A DNA stretch of 64,000 nucleotides from Fimicolochytrium jonesii (Eukaryota), in assembly GCF_025526975.1 (NCBI RefSeq), contig NW_026515690.1, positions 310,001 to 374,000 of the forward strand, written 5' to 3'. The notes beneath the pieces are model-generated. The model ran no database searches, was not told the origin of the DNA, and saw nothing but the letters and a program-made list of their open reading frames with translations. Within the stretch, counting starts at the first letter, position 1. Every line of letters starts with the position of its first letter. Shown piece by piece: positions 23,749 through 36,450 of this stretch. The position numbers were made by a program, and so were the translations under genes.

Positions 23749-26700
23749 TCAATGCCTTCTGGCAACCTTCGCCATAACATCAATCACATCTTCCTCCGCC
23801 CTCGACCGTTTCCTCATCGCCCCATAACCCCCACCCCCACCCCCATAAGCGCGTTGTTGCATCCCCATATTCAACGGCGGCGGGATGGGCGGGAGGGCCG
23901 TATTCGCTTGTGGTCGTTGTTGTTGTTGTTGTCCTCCCATTGGGCGTCGACGCTGTTGTTGCTGTTGCATTTGATGTTGAGGGTGCTGGTGCATACCCAT
24001 ACCCATGTGATGCGGCATCATCATCGGGTCCATGGGGTATCCGCCGCGTTGTTGTGGCGGGTAGTCCGGCCATGCGTTGGGGTGCGGGGGGTAGGGCATG
24101 TTCATGGGGGGTGGGTACATGCCGTAGCCGCCGCGCATGTGGGGTGGGAGGGCGTCCCAGCCGGGTTCGTAGTCGGCGAATGGGTGGGGTGGGTAGGGTT
24201 GTTGATGCTGAGGGTGGCCGCGGGAGAGGATGGGACTTTGGCCCCAGGAATCGTCTTGTTGTCGGTCGCGTGGGTTGTGGGAGGAGGAGGATGAGTTTCG
24301 TCGGGCGGTCTGGAAAAAAAATTGAAGGGGGTCCCATGTAACAGAGGAGTGAGTCAGTTCGACCATTCATGCACCATCGAATGAGAATCACGACAACGTT
24401 CACGTACCCCATCCATTCTCCGAATTGCACCACCATCATGCCCACCCGGAGACGCATGACGCCCCGCCGCCGGCCCGGGTCCCACAACTTTATACGGCTT
24501 CTCCTTCTCCTGTCCCGTGGAAGCCGACAATAATGCTTGTGCATTGTTTGGAGCAGCGGCGTTCGTGTTTGCTGTCGTAGCTGCAGGAGATCCGGCGGGA
24601 GTTGTAGCAGGCTTGCTGATGATTTTGTACGGTTTCTCGGCGGCTGGTTTGCGCTGGATTATGGGGAGTGCGGAGGTTGGTGTTGCGGTGGTGGTCGTTG
24701 CATTGGTTGCGGTCACAGCCGGCGTCGTATTCGCAGCAGCGACACTTGCCGGTTTCGTGGCAGGTGCTTGTGAACTCCCCGCTACAGCACTAGCATCCCC
24801 CGGCGGTCTCCCCGCCGGAACCTGCGGAGAGGCCGTCGCCGCCTTTGCAGTACTAGAATTCGCACTACGCCTCGCGGACGCAAACTCCTTGATATGCAGC
24901 TCAACGGCCTGCCGGAGGGACTTGTTGGGTATGAGGTGGTCCGGACTTTGATCGGAGTGGCAGTTTGGGCATTTGAGCCGTTGAGCGGGGTCTTCGTTGT
25001 CGAGGAGGTGGGTGCGGATGCCTAAGAAAGGAGAAAAGAAATCGTTAGACGGATGTGAGCGGGGTTGGGATGCGGTGGGATGAAGAAAGACGCAGAAGCG
25101 GGAACATACACTCATCACAATAACTCGTCCCACAACACGGAATCAGCACAGCATCACGAAGCAATTTCTTGCAGATCGGACACGCCAACTCGTCAGGCAC
25201 GGGCGCCATCTCGTACACGTCGCCGGCGTCGATGTAATTCTTGTTCCGGGCTGCCACGTCCGCCCATGCTTGACTGGGCAAATTGAAACAGAACACAGGT
25301 CAGCACCCGTCCAAAACTCAAACGCAGTTTGCTCAGATGATGAGATAGAAACCACCGAAGACGTACTCGTTAGGCTGCGCAATAACCAACTCCCCACTCT
25401 GCGTAACCATAACCCCACCCCCTGCCGCCGTCTTATCATCCACCACTTTCAAGAAAATCTTCGGTATCCCCGTCGTCCTTCTCAACTTCGGGCGGTCAAA
25501 GGTCTGGTCGCCGATCGTCGGGCATTGATTGATGAAATGGCCTTTTTGGCCGCATCGGTAGCAGATGTAGCCGGGTGGGGGCGCTTTGGCCGGGTATTGT
25601 TGGTGGTGGTGCCAGCCGCCCCCGCCTTGGGGGTGTTCGTGGTTGTTGGGGCCGTTGGAGGATGTGGAGTCAGGGTTGGTGGATGACTGGTCAGCTCCAG
25701 CGGCGCCACCGCCTCGGCCACGCCAACTGCCCCGGGTGCCGCCGTAGGGGCGGTAGATGGGTTTTTGCCTAAAAATGGGAATCGGAAACATCCGAGATTA
25801 GGAATGCACATTCGCCCGCAAGTGGAGGATAGTTTGTTCGCAAAGAAAGAAACTTAGGAAACTTACATAGCCATCCGATCCTGCGCATGATCCCACTGCT
25901 CCGTCTGCAGCTTGAACATATTCGCAATCCGCTCTTCCTCCGTCTCGCCCGTGATCTCTCCAGGTGCTAGTCCACCCATTCCGTCCGCTGCTGGTCCGCC
26001 TCCTCCCGGGCCGCCTCCTGCGCTCGAGCCGCCCCCGCCTGGTCCGTCTGTGGTGCGTTGCCTGTGATCAATGATTTCGTCAGTTAGCATGATAGATGAA
26101 CCTTGAAATCGCTGCATGACGGGGCCCATTTCCTTCCTCAAAACAAAAGAAAAGAACCCACTCACACTGGCGCCCGATTATTCAAAGAATGATGCTTCAC
26201 TCCCATCCCCGCGGCACTCGCTTGCGAAAACGCGCCCATCGGCGTCGACACGACCCGCGACCCGCCAGTCATGGCGGCGGTCGGCATCGCGGAGGCGAGG
26301 TAGCGTTGCGCGGTGCCTTTGCCTGGTTTGATGGCGGGTTGCCGCGAGACGAGGATGGAGGTGTTGCGCGGGACATGGTACATGTCGTCTTTGAACTCTG
26401 TAAGGGAAGATAGGGGTTAGATTGGGTTTGAGGGTAGAGGTTGGATATGGGCAGGTAACGGGACCGGGGTGTAAAATGTGCCGATGAGTGTCCCTCCCAT
26501 CGCAGATGGAGCTGATGTGCTCGAACTCGGGATTCCAGTTGCCGCCGCTTTCTTCCCTCGCCTTTCCCGGCTCCTTCTGAAGCTTTTTCGACGCGTGTCC
26601 GCCACCCTCTGTTTCTCTGTGTCCCTCCCCCGTCTCCGTGGCCTGCAATAGTCCTTCTAAATATGCCGATGAGTTTCGCCGAGCGCCCTGATGTTCAAAT

Positions 26701-27717
26701 GGTTCACGCTCCGTCTCTGCTCCCTTTCACGCCACTTCCGTCCGTGATGACGCCGCCTCCCAACAGCAGTGGCGAGACAACCGGTTAGTGCGAAAGGAGT
26801 GCTTCGGCGAATCTACCCGTGTCGAATGCGTGGGGTAGAAGGGAAAGGTCGTACACCGAAGTCGCCCGCAAACAGGAAGATTTGAACAGCTCGTCCTCCA
26901 TCGCCCGGTGAAGTAGTGATATCGCAATATTGCGATGGGGCGAAGAAATAGCGCAGGGGGAACTCCCAAAAGAAACACGATCTCTCTTTTCTCAAATTCG
27001 ACATTCACTTTTGTCCAAATTTCTCATCTTTTTTTCCCTCATTCAAATCGAGATATCCTTTTCTACTTCGTCTGTTCCATCCCTTCTTCTCGTCCTCAAC
27101 TCCCCAACAACCCGGGACAAGGCAAAGCTAACGATGGCTAAACTACGTTGTGAAGGGGAATTCGTCGGTAGGGAAGGGTAGCAGGTATGGATGATTGAGG
27201 GAAGGATGGGTAGGAGAACAAACGCAGAGCGGTAGAGAAGATGCGACGGCATCATTGTCCGACGAGAGACAACGGTACACACTCGACCCAAGAGACGAAA
27301 TCCCGAATCGAGGGTGGTCGAAGGGAGACGGAGAGGAGACGAGACAGCCGAAGAGAATCGCGAGACAGAAGGGCGTGGAGAGACGTCCGCTATCTGGACC
27401 CACAGGATCCAAAACAGGGACTGCCGAACTGGCGACGTCCACGACCAGTCCGAAAGAAGCTACTCCAATCGTCCAGGCACCCCAACTCCCTCCACCATCC
27501 CCATCATGGTGGCCCACCACTCCTACTTCTCGCAGAAGCCTCACTTACCCTCATTGGTCTGGGCGTTGTAAACCGCCAAGTCGAAATCCGTTCCCTTCCC
27601 GAGCTTCTTGGCCGTGAGAATTTCCCGCTTGAGGTCAAACACGGTGATATGCGGCCCGTCGAATGTGCAAGTGTCGTAGTCCTTTGCCGACTTGAACTTG
27701 TAAAAGACGACAGACAT
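23749..27717 (-). CDS. MPE1: Cleavage/polyadenylation factor Mpe1/RBBP6 (DWNN, Zn knuckle, RING), multi-exon with 1151-nt first intron
   Basis: MSVVFYKFKSAKDYDTCTFDG..VFDLKREI..DFDLAVYN|EFKDD..VPRNTSILVSRQP; CYRCGQKGHFINQCPT; CPIC..DAVLIPCCGTSYCDE|CIR..CPNC; Pro/Gln-rich tail. Confidence 0.92.
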
Positions 27718-28016
27718 GACGGGCGAGATGACGAGTGTCTCCTCGAACTAAGTCGTTGTTCGTTTTCGATAATGTTTTGTTGTCCAAGCCGGTCGAGTCG
27801 ATATGTCAAAGTGCGCCTGAGTAGTCGCTTGCGCTAAGTGATGAGGGCAGGACTGCATGAGAAGTTTGTATGTAGTCGTCAAGGCGGCTCTGTGGCGCTG
27901 CAAGATGGCCGGTCTAGATTGGGCGTGGGAAAGTCGGAAATGCTCCCAGAGAGAGAGAGTTGCGCCGCATGCCCCTAGAGAGGAGCAGAGAGAGACGGCG
28001 CAATAAACAGCGCAGA

Positions 28017-28024
28017 GTCACGTG
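28017..28024. promoter_or_regulatory. E-box GTCACGTG in the MPE1 / Tra2-like divergent promoter
   Basis: Exact bHLH-type site; similar sites at 19329, 39449, 51359, 51391 and 56804, all intergenic. Confidence 0.4.
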
Positions 28025-28356
28025 GAGTCACTTGACTGCACAATTCAACACCGCCCCGAGTCTTCCCCTCCTGCGCTTCAAACCCAGCCAACTCTGCTTT
28101 TGCGAGACGACAACTAGTACAACCCCCAACGCACATCCCCCGGAAACAGAGTAAGTGTCTGTCTGGCCTCAGGTCGCAGGCCGCACGTACTGCAGCTCCG
28201 CCCGACAGTAGTTCGGAATAAGTACCGCTTCGCTATATGTTAGAACGCGAAAAGTGTCCAGACCGGATCTCACACGAAAAACCCAAATCTCTGTCTCACC
28301 CCCCGCATCTCCTTTCCCTTCCGGCGCATCCTACAGTGAGCATCGACGACTACAAA

Positions 28357-29546
28357 ATGGACGACCGCGAGCGACCCCACAGCGACGACCGGGAACACAT
28401 CCCCGTCGACGACCGAGCTGACCGCCCACCCCGATCTGCTGAAGAAAGGGACAGGGCGAGATCGCGTTCCCCGGCTGCAAGGTCGCCCAACCGTGGTGGT
28501 TCTCCTCGCCGTGGTGGTTCCCCGCCCCCGCGCAGCTACGACGATAGGAGGGATGACGGTAGAAGGGAACGTTCCGACCGGTGAGTTTGGTTTGCGACAG
28601 GGGCCGGAGCGGAGCGAGAAACGACAGCGAATGGTCGTGGATCTAACGCGAGCAAACCGAACCTCTGTTTTCAACTATGCCATTAACTTTTGTGTGCAAC
28701 GAAGTCGATTTCTTGAAATTTGTGCTTACTCTTTTATATCCTTTCCTTTCTGCAGTGGTGACGACGGTGAAGTCAACCCCGGCAGTAACCTTTACGTTGC
28801 CAATCTCAGTCTGCGCACACGTGAGAGGGACCTTGAGAAGCTTTTCCAAGAGTACGGCAAGGTAATTTTGAATTCAATCATGGTCGTTGACGGCAAACGT
28901 TCCATGTATTCATTACGTATGTCCGAATATCTCGTTGTAGGTCTCCAAGACCGAAGTCATGTACGACCCTCACAGCAAGGAATCCCGCGGTTTCGCTTTT
29001 GTCTGTTTTGCCAACGCTCAGGATGCCGACAACGCTCGTGCCGCTTTGAGCGGGAAGGTCGAGCTCGACGGAAAAGTGATCACTGTCGAATTGGTAATAT
29101 TTCGCTAAAACCGCCATGTGCGATTCTTTCGACTTCACCGTTCTTACGGATACCCTCATCGCATTCGCAGGCCAAGCGTGGTAGCGCCCGGACCCCTACC
29201 CCAGGCCGTTACTACGGACCTCCCTACCGACGTGAGTGTATGTGCAATCCCCCTGCCGAGCACAGGGCCATTGCGCGAACCAGTCTTCTGTGAACACAGA
29301 ACAATCTTTCTCCTGCGTTCTTCATGCTTACCTCTCTCTCCTACTTTTCCAGACGACGACAGGGACCGCCGTGGCGGAGGTGACAGGTACAGGTCCGACC
29401 GCTACGACGACCGTCGAGGAGGAGGCGACCGATTCCGCTCCGATAGGTACGACGACCGTCGCCGCGACCGCTACGACGACCGCGGTGCCGACCGATACAG
29501 GTCCGACCGCTACGACGACCGGCGCGACCGGGACCGCCGCTACTAA
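28357..29546 (+). CDS. Transformer-2/SR45a-like RRM splicing factor with RS and RD-rich regions; probable 5'UTR intron 28151-28336
   Basis: RSRSP repeats; NPGSNLYVANLS (RNP2); SRGFAFV (RNP1); AKRGSARTPTPGRYYGPP linker typical of Tra2/SR45a; DRYDDRR repeats. Confidence 0.88.
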
Positions 29547-29856
29547 GCGCGTCAGTGTTCCGAGGTCTAGATCGCCAGCCCGTTCTCAGCCCTTCAGACC
29601 CTTCCACCCTGGTCCTATCAACTGGCGTCTGCTTGACCCCATCTCCTCTACCTTTTTATGTACAAAATCCGTTGTGTCTTGTAAAAAGGGCTCGCCCAAC
29701 CCGCCCTCCCGACTGTTAAAAACCGGTGCTCAGTGTTTGGTCCTCTCTCCGACATGTGTTCGTCGTCGTAATCGTTCTCGGCCCAGTACCTACTACTTCT
29801 ACTACTACTACACAACCGTTACCACAATATTTACCTATGGGCGGCGCTCTACACAA

Positions 29857-30140
29857 CCAGTTCGCATCAGTTCAGTTCAGCTCAGTTTCAGCAGTTCAGT
29901 GCAGTTCGGTTTCAGTGCGTGGGGAAATTGAGGGACCAGTCAGCGTCCGCCTCAGCTTCGGCTTCGGCTTCGGATTCATCCGCTCAGTTCGACTATCAGT
30001 CATCTCAGCGCCCAGCTTCCACCTTAGCGCCAATTCTTACCTCAGCCCAGTCTCGCTGTTTTCCCTCCGGCGCTCCGCCTTGCAGTTCAGTTTATCAGCC
30101 CCGATATTCATCTTATTTCATCATCAGCCCGCAGCCGCAT
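29857..30140 (+). repeat. YCAG/TTCAG-rich low-complexity array downstream of the Tra2-like gene
   Basis: cagttcagttcagctcagtttcagcagttcagtgcagttcgg..., plus (GCTTCG)n. Confidence 0.7.
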
Positions 30141-31224
30141 CGAAAAACGGCTCGAAGGTCTCTGATGACAAGCATCGTAGTTCCTCGCGAAACGGAGGAT
30201 TTGCAGCACATATGCCACACAAGGAAGGCTTGGTATGTACCGAAGAAAACTTTGACCCTTCTCACGCACTCTGTAGACTCCGTTAGATGGTATCGTCACA
30301 ACGCCGGCACACACGTGGGGCGGACTTCTCCCCCAAATCAGTGTCGAAAGTCTCGGCGTCGCAGACATTCGGGCATATTCTCGCCTCGGAACCGGCGTTT
30401 GCTCTCCGGGTGGGTGATCAATGTAGGACTTGATATGCAAGTGGTCTACTGAACGGATAATCTACAGCGGTCTCTCGATGCCGTACCCGATGCAAATATG
30501 CGCGCTTGAACGTCACATCCGCCGCCTAAGGATCCGAAGAATGCGTTGCTTTCGTTTTCCAGCTTCTACGTCAAGTTGGAACACCGCCGGATGAGCTGTG
30601 CTCCGTGCTTAGCCGCGGCGGATGGGTAGGTTACTTTTGCTGCAATTGGCTACGGTACCCGTCTGCGAGGAGTCGGAGCCAACCACTCCCGTCGGACATG
30701 TATATCTACTTCTCCATGCGTTTTCGCTCTTCTTTCTTGGATGTATGTCTTGTCTGAATATGATATGCATTGAACAGCCCCACTGCTACACACACGGATT
30801 CAATGACCTTCTTTGGATATGATAGATTGTGATATATCCGCAGGTTGCAGACCCGACATACCCGTTGATGCATCCGGGACATATGCGATTCCCTAACGCA
30901 GGTTGTTATTGTGTGAACTTGATAAGCGGCAATAGCCGACACAGGTTGACAGAAATGGAGTCCGAAGTCGCAGAACGGTGAGTACCGATCAGCCCCACCA
31001 AGAGCGGTGTTTCGGTCCACCTCGTTCAAGAGGGCGCTCTCTCCTTGCAGATTGATCCCATCTTTGGAACAAAGCGATATACTGAGATCATCTCAGATGT
31101 ATGAACAGCACAAAAACACCCGGAAACCAAAAATCCAGCTCGGTCCAACAAAGGGGCCCCGAGAACAAAACCTCACAGGCCCATCTCCCTGACTTCACCA
31201 ACCACCCCGCAAACTACCCACCCA

Positions 31225-33117
31225 TCACCCCAGAACACCCTCCCCCTCCCTCCCCGTCCTCTCCTTCGTCTTCTCTCCCGCCTCCCCACCCTTCTCCTCC
31301 CCCTGCGTAGACCGCGGCGTCGCCTTCTCCCCACCGCCCCCGGCAGCGGTGGTGTACGCGGCGCCACCGACGAGGCTGGGCAACGAGTTGGCGGGCGTGA
31401 CCTGCACCCGTTTGGTGGAGAGGATGGTGGGGGTGATTGTGATGCGTGCGGGGGCGGTCGTCGTCGTCGTCGTGTCGGCCGTGGGTTGGTGGGGTGCAGC
31501 AGCGTTCCGACTGGCACCCGAGTCGGCGGTGCGATCGGAGTAGTCGACCAACGCCATGGCGGCAGCCTGCACGCCCTCCAGCGAGTTCCGCGCTTTCTGC
31601 AGACTCGTGCGGTGGTCCGGCTTGGTCGCGCTGACAGCCTGCGGCGTGTCCGGCGCGGGTGTTTTGGGCGCGGGGATGGAGGGGATGGAGGGGCGGTTTT
31701 GGAGGGGTGGTGGGGCGGGTTTGGTGGTGATTGCGGGTGCGGGTGGGGTGGACGGCGCCTGGGTGGGCGGTTTGGGCGGGGTGCGGCGGGGTGGGGGGAT
31801 TGCGGGGGTGAATGTCGATGAGGGCGGTTGGGGTGGGGTCGATGTTGGGGGTGCGGCGGCAGCTGCCGGTGCAGGTACGGGTGCAGGTACAGGCCCGGGC
31901 GATTTCCTTCCAACCGCTGGTTTTCCCACCTCCACCGCACTGCCAGCCGCCGCCTTAGTCGTCGCGCTAACCGTATCAAACAACGCAAACATCTCATCCG
32001 CGAACGACGACGAAGTGATGTTCGGCGTGTTGGGCACCGTTTCCGCGTTCGGGGAGGACAACAGCTGCAATGTGTGCCCCTTCTGTGTCCGAGTCTGCGC
32101 GGCGGCGGTGGTGGTGGTGGTGGTGGTGGTGGCGGCCGGTTTCCCGTGCGATTTCCCAGACGGTGCCGGCGGCGCAGGACTCCCCGGCGCCGACGCAATA
32201 TTCACCAACGCCGGGTACAACGGGCCCAGATCAAACAACCCCTCACCCGCACCCGCATTGTTAGCAGCCCCGGGAGCGGTGGTGGTGAGGTACGACAAAG
32301 GCGCCGGCATCAACTCCTGCGACGTCGCCGGGTGCAAATGCGTCTTCGCCACCCCAGCACTCCCCGCGATCTCCCCACCAGCCCCCTCCGGCGCTATAAA
32401 CGGCGGCAAATTGGTAACATGCTGTGCGAAGAACTCCCGTCCAGCTTTGATATCCGCCTCCCGATCCAGCACAGCCGTGGTCGCGTCCCACGGGTTACGC
32501 AGGATGTGTTTGGCGGGATCGGTGGGGTCTGGAATCGGGAGGGTGAAAGCTGGCTCGTTCTCCTTGTTCTTTTTCGAAGCAGTCTTGCCGGAGGGGCTGG
32601 TCTTTGCGGGCGGCGTGGGTTTGGCTGGCCCGTTGATGATTTCGAGGACCATGGGTTGCTTGGTGGAGTCGTCGTCGACGGGGTCGGAGAGGGATTGGCG
32701 GGAGTTCCATTCGGCGAGCATGGCGCGGGAGATGGATAGTGGTTGGTCGCCGGCGGGTTGGGGCGGGGAGGTGTTGGAGGCGCTGTTGCGGTTTTCGTGG
32801 TCGTTATCGTCGTTGTTGGCGGTTGACTATGGAAACCAGTAAGTGAACGACAGAGTTAGTTGATTTGGTGTCAAGGTTGGTTGGGAGAACCCGACGAGCA
32901 GCTTGAATCAGGCACCGCCCATCGTTGAGTTGTTTCCCCGACAATCGCCCCCACCCGGACCTAGTCTCCGAATCATTTCCCCCAACCCAAGAATCGCCCT
33001 TGACCTCCATCTACACCCAAGAGGACCGTAACTTACCTGCCGAGAAGCAGCCATCTCAGCAGCCGGCGAGCGCGGCGGGGCGTCGGGCAGCATCGATTTG
33101 GTTTTCGCGTGCTCCAT
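31225..33117 (-). CDS. Hypothetical Pro/Thr/Ala-rich disordered protein; exons 33117-33037 and 32826-31225
   Basis: Long ORF joined in phase 0 to a short ATG exon through a GTAAGT...TAG intron; no recognisable domain. Confidence 0.6.
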
Positions 33118-33455
33118 TCCACCGTTTGTGCCTGACCTCAAGACGTTGGATGCGCTGAGGCGTGCGTAGTAGGATGTTGAAGATACCAAGGCACGAGTTT
33201 CTATGAAGTGGGAAAGCTGTGGGTGAATCTGCTGTGGCGGTTTTGAGGGCTGAAGTTGTGTTTTAGGGCCCAGGCGAAGAGCGTCAAGAGTCGCGGCGCG
33301 CTGATATAAGCTCTTTCGACAGCGCGTCCCATCCTCAACTGACAGGTACAGGTAAACAAACACACGCTTATTGCCTGAACTTAGTATGGTGTATCACCGG
33401 GTAGTGTGAACAATTGATGGATGGTGCTGATGAAGGGATGACTTAAGAATTACAG

Positions 33456-34460
33456 TTGATATTGACCCCAGCAACATCTGACACCCAACAACATCTGCTC
33501 CCTCACCATCACGTTCGATGCCTACGCAGCGCTGAGCGGGGTCTACCTCTGGCGTGCCCAAAGGTCTCGAAGCCCTGCCGGGTTCCTGATCTCCCACGCC
33601 ACGGTCTCCACGTTGCACCTCATGGACTGCAACCTCACGGAGTCCACCGCGGGGCTTCTGGCGAGGATATGTCGCGAGGCGGGGGGTATGAGGGTGCTTT
33701 GTGCGGATCATAACCCGTTGGGGGAGGAGGGGGTTTGGGTGGTTTTTGAGGGGATTAGGGAGGGTGGACGGGACGGCCAGGGGTTGGTGGGGGTGAGTTT
33801 TAACTATTGTGAGGCTGGGGCTGGGGCGGCAGAGATGGTGGGGGAGGTACTGGGGGGTGTAAGGGGTTGATGTGAGTACTCGTCTCGAGGGAGGTGGGGT
33901 GGACCATTGAATGAGGTAGGGGATCTAACGAACGGGGCCGCTTCTCAACCCCAATTTCGTTGTTCATGTAGAGACCTCAACCTCGAAGGCAACCTCCTCA
34001 GCGACGCCGGCCACCTCGCCCTTGCCCACGCAACACGACGCTGAACTCACTCAGCCCTCACCACCATCCAGATCATCAACCGCGATATCTCGCTTCCGCT
34101 GCCCACCTTCACCAGCAGCACCCGCCCGCGGTGCTCCAACTCTGTCACCAGCCCTGCCCCCCGCTACCCACACCCACCTCCCCGCCCAACCCCGCTGTCA
34201 ACCCTCACAACCGCCCTGGCCACCCAAAACACAACCCTACCCTTCCTCGATTTCCACGGCAAACCACATCGGCACCCCCGGCGACCTCCTTGTTCTCCAC
34301 ATGCTCACATCGCGGAAAGCGCTCGTGGGGCAGAAGCAGGTGGAGGGGTTGGTGGAGGGGTGAGCGGATGAGCGAGGAGGTGTTTGAGGGGGTGTGGGAG
34401 TGTGATGAGGCGATGATGGGGAGTGGGGGGAAGAAGGGGAAGAAGGGGAAGAAGAAGTGG
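33456..34460 (+). pseudogene. Frameshifted RNI-like leucine-rich-repeat gene with Lys/Gly tail
   Basis: LRR segments (LHLMDCNL, LCADHNPLGEEG, VSFNYCEAGAGAA, DLNLEGNLLSDAG, NHIGTPG) and a GKKGKKGKKK tail lie in different frames, not always separated by introns. Confidence 0.6.
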
Positions 34461-34778
34461 GTGGGGTGCAGTGATGGGGTGATTTTGTTTTGTAGCTGTA
34501 GCTGGGAGCTTTTTCCGTAGACTTTTGGGGTAGACGGGGAGTGGGTTGGTTTCGCTTTGCTGAGGGTAATGTACTGTATTTATGGGATGATCTTGGGAGG
34601 GAACAGAAACAGGATCCGAAATAGAACAGAGATTGATTGACAGTGCGATCGATTGATAGATTGCTACCATGTCCATCCACCGGCATCCTCGAATTTTTCC
34701 GATTTCCCCAGAAGCAGCTACCGATCCCTACATACACATCCCTACAAATCTACCTCGACCCTGCAGTTCACCCTCACT

Positions 34779-35615
34779 CTACTCCTTCTTGAGCGCCTTC
34801 CTCCTCGCCGCAAGCTTGGTGGTGACGTTGATGTAGGTGCCGAACACGAAGCCAACGAGATTGAAGAAGGGCATCCACAGCTCTTGTCGGACGTATTTGA
34901 GGGCGAAGATTTGGACGGCTGGGAAGACGATCCTGTAAAAGATCCGAAGAGTGTTAACGGGATGATAAATAAAAATCATGCGCGCGGATGAAAACAAAAG
35001 AATGCTACGAAAGCATCGCTGCGAGGTTCGTAGTGTCGGCAGAAGATCCGAACGCTCGCCGACAATCCCTGCCCGCTTCGCTCGCGAATGCGTTCGCTCT
35101 GGCCTCACCACAAATCACCCCCTCCTTCAACATCCCCATACTCACCAAGTCAACTTCAAAACACTAACCAACCTCCCCCTAACCGTCCCCACAACGCCCC
35201 TAACCCCCGCGCCCGCAATCCCAGCCATGGCCGCCAAATAGACCGCGCTCTGAATCGGGGCAATCACCAGATTCCCAAACAACAACTTCCCCACCGCCGC
35301 TCCCGTCCCCGTGCGGTTATGAAACACCTTCTCCATCCATTTGTACAGGACGTGGCCGAGGGGGCCCGCGACGAGGCCTCCGTACGCGGCCATGGCGGCT
35401 GCTTTGCGGTATGCGAGGGCGCGATCATGGGTGGTGTTGGCGGAGGGGCTGGGGGAGATGGAGGAGGCGGCGAGCTCTTGGAGGGCGTTGAGGGTTGCGG
35501 CGGTGCCGGATTTGGTGAGGATGGGGTGTTCGGCGAGGGCGACCAGGTAGTAGATCCACAGGGTGCGGGGGAAGGAGGCGATGGGGGGGTGGGGCATTTT
35601 CGTGACGGGTGTCAT
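34779..35615 (-). CDS. Mpv17/PMP22 family peroxisomal membrane protein, 2 exons
   Basis: YLVALAEHPILTKS.T; YGGLVAGPLGHVLY; NLVIAPIQSAVYL; W|IVFPAVQIFA.KYV.QELWMPFFNLVGFVFGTYIN. Confidence 0.9.
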
Positions 35616-36042
35616 CTTGCAGGTGCGTTGTTGGGGGTTGAGTGCAGGACGGTTGGCGGGTGAGGGTAGATGCAGCCCTACTTTTATCCCGTTGCCGATG
35701 GGGGGTGAATGAAGTGACGGTGGGTGGGGAGACGAGCAACCCGCCGTGACACCATCCGCAAGAAGTACTGTATGACTGTCCCTCTCGAGTCTTCATAGCG
35801 CCGCTTGGCCGCTTTTCCCGCGAGGTTGTCACACAACGACCCGCAGTGTTCATCACACCACTGCCCTTCCAGGCAAGTTCCAGCATATCATATGCAGACG
35901 TCCGACAGACGAGAGAGCAAGACAAAAGGGGCAATGCGCTATACATTTCACATTCATTCACATCACAGAAAATGAGAGCATCACGGAGGGAGACAGAACC
36001 CGTTCAAACAAAGAAGAACACCCCACGCCCGTATCCCGCTCT

Positions 36043-36450
36043 CTATAAGTACAATCCCTCGGGCGTGCCCTTGGTCTTGCGGTACAGCACCTTCTCCTTG
36101 GCCTTGCGCAGATCGTCCGCGACTACGCGCATGCGCCGTTTGCGGAGGGCAAGGAGACCGGCTTCCGTGCAGATGGCCTGTGGATATCAAAGAGTTACGT
36201 GAGCAATGAAATCGATAGAAAATGATACAGAGGGGGGGGCGACGATCCTACCTTGATATCAGGCCCACTCAAGTCATCCTTCGCCATCACAAACTCCTCC
36301 AAATCCCACATCATCCCTCCCCCAACGTCATCCGACTCGTATGAATCCCAGGCCTCATCAACGCCGGGTCCAGGCTTCTCGATCTTGTTCGTGGCCATGA
36401 TGACTTTGACATCCCCGCGGGAATCAAACCCATCCGGTTGGTTGAGGGAG
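36043..36450 (-). pseudogene. RPT2: Truncated, frameshifted 3' fragment of 26S proteasome ATPase Rpt2/PSMC1
   Basis: LNQPDGFDSRGDVKVIMATNKIE / LDPALMRPG / IHTSRMTL / [36 protein letters not shown]...[18 protein letters not shown]. Frameshifts, loss of the RIDRKIEF segment, no upstream Walker A/B exons. Confidence 0.85.

Noticed and set aside
26743..26750. C/D snoRNA in the long MPE1 intron (GTGATGA C-box)
   Set aside because: The motif is antisense to the host transcript and I found no convincing D box or terminal stem.
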